The position numbers were made by a program, and so were the translations under genes. DNA of 63,824 nucleotides, counting the filler, from Chrysochromulina tobinii (Eukaryota), in the NCBI GenBank assembly GCA_001275005.1. It is 6 parts of 6 records of this genome, joined end to end, with 100 filler letters (N's around TTAATTAATTAA, not from the genome) between each part and the next. Parts side by side here need not be neighbours in the genome. Positions count along the whole stretch, not along the records: positions 25,355 to 35,051 come from JWZX01001172.1; positions 35,152 to 38,593 come from JWZX01001174.1; positions 38,694 to 55,781 come from JWZX01001175.1; 3 more parts are not named here. One strand, written 5' to 3'. The notes under the pieces were generated by a model, which ran no database searches, was not told where the DNA came from, and saw nothing but the letters and a program-made list of their open reading frames with translations. This document shows positions 32,058 to 43,700 of this stretch, one piece after another (the stretch's first letter is position 1; every line of letters begins with the position of its first letter).

Positions 32058-35051
32058 TCATCCGACAAGCTTGTTGACCGCCGCGTCCACATTCCCGTTG
32101 GTCGCATCGAGGGCCCTTTGGCCGGCGGCCGTGTCCGAGAAGCCCATCTTCGCGAGCTCCTCCAGCTCCTTTTGATACTTGTAGGATGGAGGCCTCACCG
32201 GACGACCATTCATCGTCTTGGCCTTACCAGCAGCATTGCTCGTGGGTGACGGCGCGGGCGCGGGCGAGGGCGCGGCGGGCGCCGCCACGGCGCCGCTCTC
32301 GCCGGGCGGAGGGAGGAACTGCAGCGTCAGAGGGCGGCCGCATGCCTTGATCTTGTCGATGCACGCGTCCTTGAGCAGCCCTCTCACGTTCTCAAAATTG
32401 ATGCCCACGAGGATCATGCGCTTCGTCACACCATTCGTGTGCGCCTGGCTTCCTGGGGCTGGGTCGTTTGAGACGACGACGGCGTCCTGGAAATCGGAGA
32501 GTGCCAGACCCAAAGCACCCTCGCCAAACGTGTAGCTGTTCGACTGCTGATGCGGCAGCAGCGGCGGCGCGGGTAGCGTATACGCGCGGTCCCTGCCGCC
32601 CCGCTCCGCCTCGATGGCTGAGAGCGCCTGGACGGCGGTGACCGCACATGTGAGCTGCCCGATCACCTTGCTTCCGTCGAGCACTGACCTAAACTCAATC
32701 GGACCGAGCGCGTGATCGGCGCCCGAGCGCAGCAGCTTGCGCAGCGAGATGGTGCCCACGCCAAAGTCGTCACTCGGTTCGCCGTCGGGGTACGGGCCGT
32801 CGAGCGCAAACGCGACCATCTCTACGTTCGACTCCTTCTCATCCATCTTGAGCACACGAGCGAGCTCCTCGCGCCGCGCTCTGTCGGCGACGCTAAAGGC
32901 GCGCCCAAAGCGGAAACCCGCGCGCCCCGTCTCATCCATGGCAGCTTTGAGTGTCGGCGGAGTCTCCCCAACCATCCCCGGCACGTCGATCATGATCGCC
33001 ACCCCCCTGTGGGATCCGAGCAAGCCGAGCTTCTCCGGCACCAGCTTCAGCTCTGTCACGCCGATCATGATGATGTTGCTCATGTCGGGCGCATCCTGAG
33101 CGGGCGCGGCGGACGGCGGCGGGGCGGACGGCGGCGCGGGCGGCGGCCGGGGTGGTAACGCGGGCGGCGGCTCGTCGAAGCCGCCACCGCCAAAGCCAAA
33201 GCCACTGCTGCCGAAGCCTCCACCGAAGCCGCTGTCGACTCCGCTGAACGACGCCGGCGCATCGCCGAAGCCACTGTCGCCACCGCCGAAGCCGCTGTCG
33301 ACTCCGCTGAACGACGCCGGCGCGTTGCTGAAGCCACCGCTCGGCGCACCGAAGCCGCCGTCTGCGCTGCCAAAGCCGCCGTCGCCACCGCCGAAGCCGC
33401 CATCGCCACCGCCGAAGCCTCCGTCTGCAGCTCCGGCAGCATCGCCAAACGACGCCGGCGCGTCGCTGAAGCCACTGCTTACCGCACCGAAGCCACTGTC
33501 GTCACCGCCGAAGCCGCCATCTGCGCTGCTGAAGCCGCCGCCAGTGCTGCCGAAGCCGCCGTCGCCACCACCGAAGCCGCCATCGCCGCCGCCGAAGCCG
33601 CTATCCCCACCGCCGAAGCCGCCGTCGGTGCTGCCAAAGCCACCGTCGCCATAGCCGTCGCCACCGTCAAAGCCGCCGTCTGCAGCTCCTGCAGCATCAC
33701 CAAACGACGCCGGTGCATCGCCACCGCCGAAGCCGCTATCCTCATCGCCGAAGCCGCCGTCTGCGCTGCCAAAGCCGCCGTCGTCACCGCCGAAGCCGCA
33801 ATCCCCATCGCCAAAGCCGCCGTTGGCACCACCGAAGCCGCTAACTGCGCTGACGAAGCCGCCGTAGGAGAGGCCACTGGCCACTTTGAGTGGGCTGGGC
33901 GTCCTTGATGGCGGGGTTGGCAGTTTGGTGAGCACATCAGCATACGTGGGGCTCCGTCTGCCGGGCGGGGTTGTGGCAACGATCACGGCCGGGCGGGGGA
34001 GTGGGGGAGCGACTAGCGATGGTGTGGCCGGTAGTGGGGCGGGGGCCGACAGAATCGCGTCGACCTCAGCCTCAATCTCGCAGCGACGGTCCAGTGACGG
34101 CACGCCGCCGACCGGGCTGCTGTCGCCTGTGGACGACTGGAAGGCGAGGAAGCCCACCTGTGGGGAGGGAGGGCGCCGTGGTGAGCACTGGCATGCAGGC
34201 TGCTGTCGCCATTGGACGACTGGAAGGCGAGGACACCCACCTGCTTCGGCGCTTTGTCCTGGCGCCGTCGTGTCGGCTTCTCGGGTTTCGAAGAGGGTTC
34301 GGCAGGACGCTCGGCCGGACGCGACAGCTCAACAAGGCCCATATCCGCGCCGCGCCACGCCCTTTTGGGATCCACCGACGGCGAGAACGGAGGGGGACGA
34401 AACGGCTGCGCCTTGAAGGACTGCTCGCGCGTGGGTGGACCAGGCGGCTGAGCCGACCACGCGCTGCTCAAGTGGCTGAGGCCTGTGTCCGGCGAACCGG
34501 CTGCCGACTGGGCCACGGACATCGCTGGGGAGAAGGAGACGGGAGGTTGCCTCGAGAAGGCCGCGCTCGCCGGCGCGGGCGGCGGTGCACGACCGACGAG
34601 CGCTGTGCCGAGCGCGGGCGAGGGCACGAAGTTCGCAGCGTTCACGGGTGGGCCGGCGGCGGTCACGGGCGGCACCATGAGCGAGTCGTCCAAGAGAGAG
34701 AGCTTGGAGGTCGTTGGCGTCGTACGGAGTGCCGTTGCCGCCGTTGCCGCCTGCCGCGCGCGCGCTGACTCCACCTGCAGCGCACCGAGCTCACGCCTCA
34801 TCGCATCCAATCGGGTGGACTCGACCGAAGCTTTCTGCTTGGTACGGCTCGAGCGCGTCTCCGTCAGCTCTTCCTCGAGCAGCTGCCGCTGCCGGCGCGC
34901 CTCACCCACCTGCTGCTGCAACTCCCGGTACTCGACAGTTGGCGCAGGTGGCCGGCCATCCGTGCTGAGGTCGTTCGCGACCGTCGCGTCTATCTGCTGC
35001 TGCAGCACCCCGATCTCGGCCGTGAGCTGCGAGAGCTCCAAGTGCAATGGC
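32058..35051 (-). CDS. Coiled-coil + Gly/Phe-rich repeats + RPGRIP1-type C2 + PDZ-like + UBA protein (5' truncated; intron 34158-34240)
   Basis: KAPKQ|VGFLAF in-frame splice. GGDGGFG repeats. DDFGVGTISLRKLL...IGQLTCAVTAVQAL is RPGRIP1-C C2-like. FGEGALGL...GRPLTLQF is PDZ-like. LAKMGF...ALDATNGNVDAAVNKL is UBA. Confidence 0.75.
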
Positions 35052-35151
35052 NNNNNNNNNNNNNNNNNNNNNNNNNNNNNNNNNNNNNNNNNNNNTTAAT
35101 TAATTAANNNNNNNNNNNNNNNNNNNNNNNNNNNNNNNNNNNNNNNNNNNN
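35052..35151. other. Artificial contig linker
   Basis: N44-TTAATTAATTAA-N44. Confidence 0.98.
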
Positions 35152-37405
35152 TCATCATCGTCCAGATGATCGGCTGACGCTGGAGGGTCGTTCGCCGCCA
35201 ACGCGCGCCTCAACCGGCCGCTTGAGCATCGCGCGCTCGTGCTGAAGGCGAAAAATCGCCATGGCCTCGTGGAAACTCTCCGGTGGCGGCTTCCAAAACC
35301 GACGAAAATCGACGCCCTCCGTCGCAAAGCGCCGCGGCGGTGAACTCAAGTCTACACGTATCATGATAATACAGACACAGTCACATTATCATGACACAGT
35401 CACAGGCTTTTTGTTACTGTTCGCTTACATGTAGAGTAGAACATGTCCAGCGGACGGGATAGACAGGTCCGCACATGTAGAACATGTCCAGCGGATAGAC
35501 AGGTCCGCACGTGAACAGCATGATAGTGTCAGGTCCGCACATGAACAGCACGCTCAGTAGACATTACGGCTTAACGCCACGAAACCCCACGTAAAAAAAG
35601 AAAAACGGCATGCGAGGGCCGAGGCGCGAGGGATGCGAGAAACAGAAAGGTTTCATTGGACACGCGGCGATTTGTCTCTTGTGCATGAAAACATGTAAGG
35701 TAAGCCCACCCCTGCACTAACAGTGAAGCAGAGGATCGCCCAGAGGAGCTGAGCTGCGTCAAAAGCATGTGAATGCTGAATGGCGAAGAGCCCAGCTCAG
35801 CCTGCGGCTACCTTCCTGCGGCGCCTCGGACACTCGGGGCCGTCTATGTAACGATTCTGCCCGCGTGTTGAGGTCGCAGCGTGCCCTGGTTTGCCTCCCA
35901 AAAGAAGCAGCAGCGCTTCGCTGGCCCCCTTCGAGCCAATCGCCACACAACGGCAATGCATCTGACTGGCCCCCTTCGAGCCAATCGCCATGCAACGGCA
36001 AGGCAACGCCAACGGGCATCTGACTTGTCCATCGTGCCTCGCTGCCAAGTCGTGTCCAGCTCCTACCCAGCATGCCCTGCCGGTTAGCCACGTCTAGCCA
36101 CGGGTCGCCATTCCGCACACGCAAAAAGGTTTTACACGCATACACAACACAATATAGGCCAGCCAGTGCCAGGCAAGTAGGCCTCAGGAGTTGAGTTTGT
36201 TCGCGTTGGACCCAGCGAATACGGCTCGTGGCTGTCATGCCTGCTGCCATTCAGATGACCAGTGGTTCCACACCAACCGCATCGGACTTTCACCCGCAGC
36301 GATGGCCGGCATGCAGCTCGGCGTCCAGATGCCCGCAGGGATCGATGGAGCCGTACGCATGCCGACCACAACGCAGGATCAGACACTATGCAGCAGAATG
36401 CAGCTCCAAGCCGGTTGAGTTTGTTCGCGTTGGACCCAGCGAATACGGCTCGTGGCTGTCGTGCCTGCTGCCATTCAGACGACCGGGTGGTGCCACACCA
36501 ACCGCATTGGACTTTCACCCGCAGCGATGGCCGGCATGCAGCTCGGCGTCCAGATGCTCGCAAGCTTCAATGGAGCCGTACGCATGCCGATCACAACGCA
36601 GGGTCAGACACTGTGCAGCTGTTGCAGCGCCAAGCCGGCCACCTGAACCACAGCAAAGCCGCTAGCCGATGCGTGATCAGGAAGAACAAGGCCATCCAGA
36701 ACATGCCGTTGAATACTTTGCGAGCCTGGTCTGTGCTCTCCACCGCTGCCTCGGCGTCTGCACGACAGTGCTGGGGCTGGGCGCGCAGCACTTTCCGTCG
36801 CCCCTTGCTCGCCAGCGAGTCGGCAGCGCGCCGAGCATGTTGCTCCGCTGCAGTCCCTGCTTGCCTCGCACGGCATTGCCTCTCAGCAGCCACCATCAAA
36901 GCACTGCCGAGCATAGAGCATCCGTACTGAAGAAGGCCGTCGAAGAGCACGCTGCCGCTCCACTTCGCGCACTTGACCAGCCACATGTCTTGCGCCACTC
37001 GTCATCGTCCACAGATGATCGGCTGACGCTGGAGGGTCGTCCGCCGCCACGGACGCTCGCCATGCGATGGTACGCAAGCGGACCGCTCCAGGCGTCGCTT
37101 GCTCGCTGCCAGCTCTCGCTGCCGCCGCCACCAGCCGCGCATGCTCCTTGACACGGTCTTTCCACTTGAGACGACGTTGTGGGCCGTCTGGTAGCACGCT
37201 GCCGCTCCACTTGACCAGCCACTTGTCCTGCGCCGCGTGCCACTCATCATCGTCCAGATGATCGGCTGACGCTGGAGGGTCGTTCGCCGCCACGGCCGCC
37301 AGCACGCGTGCCTCATCCAAGCGCTTGGGCATCGCGCGCACGAGCTGGGGGCGTAAAAATCGCCCTGGCCTTGGAAAACCGACGAAAATCGACGACCCTC
37401 CGTCT
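35152..37405 (-). repeat. Degenerate repeated sequence family (three copies of a DPPASADHLDDD-encoding unit) plus a ~225-bp tandem duplication at 36190-36620
   Basis: TCATCGTCCAGATGATCGGCTGACGCTGGAGGGTCGT, with minor variation, at ~35155, ~37003 and ~37248. GTTGAGTTTGTTCGCGTTGGACCCAGC at ~36190 and ~36414. Confidence 0.7.
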
Positions 37406-37463
37406 TTATAGTTATGGATTTATTGGGCTCTTTTGTGGGCTTTCTTGTTAACAGTGAAACAGG

Positions 37464-38570
37464 ATGTTTAGAGTGCTACCGCCGGCTTCCCCACGCCCCC
37501 GTTTGTCGTTTCTCGTTTCGGTGGTGAGGTTCTCTTACTTTAGTCACTTTAGTTGTCTAGTCTCAGTCATGTACAGGACATGTACATGTACGGATACATA
37601 CACTGTCTCCCACTCTGTCTCCTTACCACATGTGACGATGGTCCGGTCCTACCTGCCGTGCTCGGCCCGGGGCCGGGCGGAACTCCGAGCCGGGGCTGCA
37701 GTCGTTGCAATCGGCGTCGGAAGCCCAGTTGCACGTCTCGGCGCAGATGGGCGGTGGACGCGGGAAGCGCAGGCCGCAGTCGGCGCAGTCGGTGTCGAAG
37801 TCGGTGCCGTAGATGCAGTCTGCGTACTCAACGCCGGGCCGCCGTCGTCGCAGAGGGAGTCGGAGGTGTAGAGACGCGCCCGCTGGCGCGCCCCCCGAAG
37901 GGAACGCAAAAGAAGTCACTCGATGCCACCGTCGCGTGACGACAGCGGCGTCGAGAGACGACAGTGTCGTGGCGCACGGCAGCTTGCCAGCCGCCTGGAG
38001 TGATTCAGTAGTGACGGTGGCCGCATGGTGGCCTTGGTGACTGCGCGAGCGCGCGTGCCGGCTATGGCGGGCGTCGGTGCGCCCGCGGCCGGCCGGGTCG
38101 CGCGTCGGCGGCGCGATTTGTTGCGTAGCAGCGCCAGCAGAGGCGCTGTCACATGGAAGCCTCTTCGGCCGGTGGAGAAATTTGGGACGCGGTTCGAAGG
38201 AGCTTGAAGCGCCCGCTTTTGTGCTCCCAAATTTGGGACGACAGACTGGCACACGGACAGACGGACACACGGACAAGACGGAAATCGGGCACCACCGCAA
38301 ATTCCTATCGTTTCGCGCACGCGCTAATTTCACGCTGGCGGTTAATCTCTGAGGCTTCCCTCCCGGTATTCAGACGAAACCGGGGTGGGGAAGAATCCGG
38401 AAATCCATGTTCTTTGATCTGAAAATCGTTTAGACGCGTCGTCTACTGGCCCCCACCCACGGTGCATTCCCTAGCCCTTTTCAGAACGGATAATGTTTAG
38501 AGTGCTACCGCGGGCTTCCCCACCCCCGTTTGTCGTTTCTCGTTTCGGTGGTGAGGAGCTCTTACTTTAG
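37464..38570. repeat. ~80-bp direct repeats (37464-37543, 38493-38570) bracketing a gene relic
   Basis: ATGTTTAGAGTGCTACCGC...GTTTGTCGTTTCTCGTTTCGGTGGTGAGG..CTCTTACTTTAG occurs twice. Confidence 0.85.
37623..37880 (-). pseudogene. Frameshifted relic of the Cys-rich DGGP/GTDC repeat family
   Basis: SLCDDGGP in one frame and EYADCIYGTDFDTDCADCG...CAETCNWASDADCND in another. Confidence 0.65.
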
Positions 38571-38593
38571 ACACAATGCGGGGAATTCGAATT

Positions 38594-38693
38594 NNNNNNN
38601 NNNNNNNNNNNNNNNNNNNNNNNNNNNNNNNNNNNNNTTAATTAATTAANNNNNNNNNNNNNNNNNNNNNNNNNNNNNNNNNNNNNNNNNNNN
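38594..38693. other. Artificial contig linker
   Basis: N44-TTAATTAATTAA-N44. Confidence 0.98.
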
Positions 38694-39442
38694 CTGCGGA
38701 CGAGACGGCGCATGATTTTCGCCGACACAAGAGCGCCACGGAAGAGGCCTTTGCCGAGCTCGTCTGCCCCATCACCTTCTCGCTCCCCGTCGACCCCGTC
38801 ATGGCGGAGGACGGCAAGGTGTACGAGCGCTCGGCCATCGAGGAGTGGCTCAAGCAGCAGCACAAGAGCCCGGTGACGAACTTGGCGATGGGCACGAAGC
38901 TGCTGCCGGCGCTGCAGGTCAAGAACATGATCCGCACGATGGTCGCCTCGGGCGCTCTCACGGGCGACAAGGTGGACGCGTGGAAGCTGAAGCTGGAGGA
39001 GGAGGAGGAGGTGGCGGAGTGGCTGCGTGAGGCCGAGGCTGGTGAGGGCTTCGCGATGTACAACCTGGGAGTTTGTTACGAGCGTGGTCAGAAGGGCCTC
39101 GCCAAGGACTTGGCCAAGGCTTTCGAGTGGTACAAGAAGAGCCACGAGGCTGGGTATGAAACTGGGACTGGCGGCCTTGGCTGGTGCTACTTGCATGGGG
39201 AGGGCGTGCCAAAGTGCCCCATGCTTGGCGCTACGCTGATGAGCGACGCCGCCGCACGCGGCAGCAAAAACGCGTGCATCTATCTGGGATGCGCATACGC
39301 TGGTGGCCTCTGTGGCTTCCCGAAGGACGAGAAGATGGCGCGCCGCTACTACTCGATGATGGCGAGCGCCGCGATCGATGATTGCTCCGACGACGCAAAG
39401 GAGAAAGCAGCCACGTGGCTGCGTGCGCATGCAGCAGCTTGA
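38694..39442 (+). CDS. U-box + SEL1-repeat protein, copy 1 (first few codons lost at the contig start)
   Basis: LVCPITFSLPVDPVMAEDGKVYERSAIEEWL...SPVTN is a U-box. AMYNLGVCYERG..GLAKDLAKAFEWYKKS is SEL1. Confidence 0.9.
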
Positions 39443-39691
39443 CTCGGTGCGTTGGCACGTTTGAGTGCTGCGCTGGGTATGGGGGAGAGGGGTTGTAGTT
39501 TGATTGCAGTGGCTGTGAGCTCATGGCTTGTGAGCTAGCTCATGGCTCGGTGCCCTCTCTGTGTGCATCCTCTCGCTCTGAGTGCGTAGAGTATTGCGGA
39601 GAGGTGTGAGAACGGCACCAGCCACCGAAACAGACCTATCCCTGCCTATCCTGGGGCAACGGGTGTGTGAACGTCTCTCCCTCAACGTTCG

Positions 39692-40468
39692 ATGCCGCCC
39701 AAGCGCGGCCGCCGCGCTGCTGCGGACGAGACGGCGCATGATTTTCGCCGACACAAGAGCGCCACGGAAGAGGCCTTTGCCGAGCTCGTCTGCCCCATCA
39801 CCTTCTCGCTCCCCGTCGACCCCGTCATGGCGGAGGACGGCAAGGTGTACGAGCGCTCGGCCATCGAGGAGTGGCTCAAGCAGCAGCACAAGAGCCCGGT
39901 GACGAACTTGGCGATGGGCACGAAGCTGCTGCCAGCGCTGCGGGTCAAGAACATGATCCGCGCGATGGTCACCTCGGGCACTCTCACGGGTGACAAGGTG
40001 GACGCGTGGAAGCTGAAGCTGGAGGAGGAGGAGAAGGTGGCGGAGACGCTGCGTGAGGCCGAGGCTGGCGATGGCGCGGCGATGTGCGTCCTGGGGAATT
40101 GGTACTGGCGTGGTATGAAAGGCCTCGCGAAGGATTTTGCCAAGGCTTTCGAGTGGCTCAAGAAGAGCCACGAGGCTGGGTTTGCAAGTGGGACTTGCGG
40201 CCTTGGAGCGTGCTACGTGCTGGGTCGTGGCGTGCCAAAGTGCCTTGTGCGTGGTGCTACGCTGCTGATGGACGCCGCCGCACGCGGCAGCAAACGCGCG
40301 TGCTACAACCTGGGAGACGCATACGCTGATGGCATCTGGGGCTTCCCGGAGGACGAGACGATGGCGCGCCGCTACTACTCGATGGTGGCGAGCGCCTCGA
40401 TCGATGATTGCATCGACGCTTACAAAGAGGAAGCAGCCACATGGCTGCGTGAGCATGCAGCAGCTTGA
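39692..40468 (+). CDS. U-box + SEL1-repeat protein, copy 2
   Basis: Tandem paralog 1026 bp downstream with the same U-box and three SEL1-like repeats. Confidence 0.92.
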   Translation: MPPKRGRRAAADETAHDFRRHKSATEEAFAELVCPITFSLPVDPVMAEDGKVYERSAIEEWLKQQHKSPVTNLAMGTKLLPALRVKNMIRAMVTSGTLTGDKVDAWKLKLEEEEKVAETLREAEAGDGAAMCVLGNWYWRGMKGLAKDFAKAFEWLKKSHEAGFASGTCGLGACYVLGRGVPKCLVRGATLLMDAAARGSKRACYNLGDAYADGIWGFPEDETMARRYYSMVASASIDDCIDAYKEEAATWLREHAAA

Positions 40469-40755
40469 CTCGGCTTTGGCGCGTTTGAGTGCTGCGCTGG
40501 ATGCGGCTCAGTGGCAAGCGAGCAAGCAAACTACCATGCCGTGGTGGCTACCGGTGTATTGCCGTGTGTACCATGCGGGGCATGCGTCGATGCGATGGTA
40601 CGCCGGGGTGTGCGGATGTTTCGATTGATTAGCTTGCTAGTTGTGTTCTGAGCTGACCTTTGATCGCGTGTGTTTCATGGACCTCTGAAACGCACTGTGT
40701 GTGGGTGAATTGTGTGTGTGGCCCAATTAACCGCCTTCCCGGCCAACTCCGCGGG

Positions 40756-43700
40756 ATGCCACGCCGCCGTCGGCAGACCACACGGTACCAATATGTGCAG
40801 GACTGCCTGACGCTGGCCCTCAATGAGGCTGTCAGTCGAGAAAACGACTCGACGCGCGACATCTTGACCAGCATGGGCCATCGGCTGATCGCAATGGCAG
40901 CGACGGCACCGAGCGAGGCGGTAGCTTTTCCACCAGCCCATGGAGACGACGAGCCGGTGCTCTTTGAGCGTGCACCCGCGCCTGCGGCTGGCCAACGGCG
41001 GCTCTCGCCACATGCGTCTGCCGAGCCGACCACGGCAGCGCAGTGGCTGGCCGAGCAGAACGTAGCCGATGCCGTGGCCCGATGCATCCTGGACCCGGGC
41101 GCACCGAACGACCTGGCGTCGCTGCGGCAGCTGGCCGGCCGCCCCGAGGTGCGCAGCACGCTTGTCGCGCGCCTGCAGGCGGGCGCGGGCGCATTGGCAG
41201 CAGCTCTGTTGCCCGCCCTCGCTGCGCTCGCTACGGCGGGGGCGGCGGCGCCGTCGGCGGCGGCCTTGGAGCTGCTGAGCTGTGGGGAGTCGGAGCTGCT
41301 GGGCTGTGCGGAGTCGGGCGCAGCCATGGACGCGGCCCGCTTGCACGGCAACACGACGGAGTATCCCATGATTCTCGTCGTGGGCGCCATCAACGTGGAT
41401 GTCACTGCGCATGTACGCTACGAGCGCATCGATTGATTGCCATTGATTGGCACTGATGGCGTCGCTCATCAACGTGGACGTCACTGCACGTTTACGCGGT
41501 ACACTGGACGCTACGAGCGCATCGACTGATTGCCATTGATTGGCACTGATGGCGTGCCTGATGGCCTCGCTCATCAGGTACGCGGTGCACTGGACGCTAC
41601 GAGAGCATCAACGGTCGTCGGTTCGGATGAGCCGCCTTCATTTACGCAGGTGATTGCATGCTGATTGCATACCGATTGCATGCTGATTGCCTCCCTCATC
41701 GACGGTCGTCGGTTCGGATGAGCCGCCTTCTTTTACGCAGGTGATTGCTTGCCCTCTGAGGACCTTTGATGTCCTCTGATGGCCTCTGATGACCTCTGAT
41801 GACCTCTGATGATGACCTCTGATGATGACCTCTGATGACCTCTGATGACCTCTGATGACGCAGGGCGGGCGAGGCTTCAATCAAGCAGTCGCCTGTGCGC
41901 GACTAGGCACGAGGACCCAGCTCGTAGCGCTCATTGGGAACGATGTGCTTGCTAGGCGGGTCATCGAGGATAGGTGAGTGCATGTGATTGCCTGTGCTTG
42001 CTAGGCGGGTCATCGAGGATAGGTGAGTGCATGTGATTGCCTGTGGATTGCATGTGATTGGGAATGATCGCATGCTTTTGCAAGGCGGGTCGTCGAGGAC
42101 AGGTGATGGTCTCTGGTTGTACCTGTCAGTGCCTCTGAGCGCCTCGGAGTGCCTCTAATGGCCTCTAATGGCCTCGGAGTGCCCCGGAATGCCTCTAATG
42201 GCCTCGGAGTGCCTCTAATGGCCTCTATGGCCTTTGAGGGCCTCTATGGCCTTTGAGGGCCTCTAATGGCCTCTAATGGCCTCGGAATGCCTCTAATGGC
42301 CTCTATGGCCTCGGAATGCCTCTAATGGCCTTTGAGTGCCTCGGAGTGCCCTGCTTTCTGCCAACGGCTACTGACCGGTGCTCGCTTTCCCTTGCTCGCT
42401 GAGGATGCAGCCTGAGCGCAGTCGCTCTCTTGATGCCACTCGATGTAACGTCTGTGCTGCGCGCCGAGCAGCCGGAGGCGAAGACGGGCCTCTCTGTCAT
42501 CCTTCGGTGATTGCATCTCTGATGTCCTCCCTGATTGCATCTCTGATCGCATCTCTGATTGCATCTCTGATGGCATCTCTGATTGCATCTCTGCTCGCAT
42601 CTCTGATGGCATCTCTGATGGCCTCTCTGATGGCCTCCCCGGATGCAGGTGCGTCGAAGGTCCTGGCAAAGGGCAGACGCTCTCCGTGCCGTGCCTGGGC
42701 GCGAACATGTTGATGGGCGAGCGGGAGGTGGCGGTTGCATGCAAGCTGATCGATGGGCCGATGGGTGGTGGCATTGCATGCGAGCTTTTGGATGTGAGTC
42801 GTCCAACCGTCGCTCGGCACGGCGCTGTCGCCCGGCACGGCGCTGTTGCATGCGAGCTTTTGGATGTGAGTCGTCCGACCGTTCCGCTCCAACCGTCGCT
42901 CGGCACGGCGCTGTCGCCCGGCACGGCGCTATCGCCCGGCACGGCGCTGTCGCCCCTGACCCTCAGCCAACCCCGCCCTGACCGTTTGGGTCCAGACCAC
43001 CGCGGTCATCAACGGCACTCAGACGCAATCAAGAACACTCAGTGGCCAGCCGAGTGGTCGGAGCGGGGTTTCGTCAAGGGCACTCCGGGCTCGGGGTTCG
43101 TCAAGGGCACTCCGGGCTCGGGTTTCGTCGGGCAGGTGCTGCTGCAGCTCGAGATCCCGATCTCGGTCAACCGTCGCGTCGCCCGGTACGGCGCCGAGCG
43201 CGGCTGCTTCGTGGGCGTGAAGAGCTCGCCGTTGGATGCGGAGGGGGCTGCGGAATTGCGCTCGCTGCTTGCCGATGGGACCGTGCATCTGCTCATGATG
43301 GCGGGCTTTGAAGCACAGGTGCGGGGTGGTTGCGGGCTGATGAACGGATGATTACACGCTGCGATTACCGGCTAATTACCGGTGGTAATTGGCATGAATG
43401 GACCATGATTGCAATCCATGTTATCTGCGCGCCCGCGACGGCGCGACGTCACGCGCTGTTCCGGGCGCTCCGGCTCCCGCGCGAGCGCCCTGCATGCAAG
43501 TGCTTACCACAGCGCCCGCCTCTCCCCACAGGTGCTGCTCCGGCTCGCGCGCGCGCCCGCGGTCGTCGCGGATGCAGATGCGGCGGCCTCGCGCCTCTTT
43601 GACGAATTCCCGTCGCTCTGTGCTGTCGTCATCTCGTTACCGGTACGACCAGGAGCTGATTGCCTCTTGATGACCTCTGATGACACCTAATTGCCTCCCT

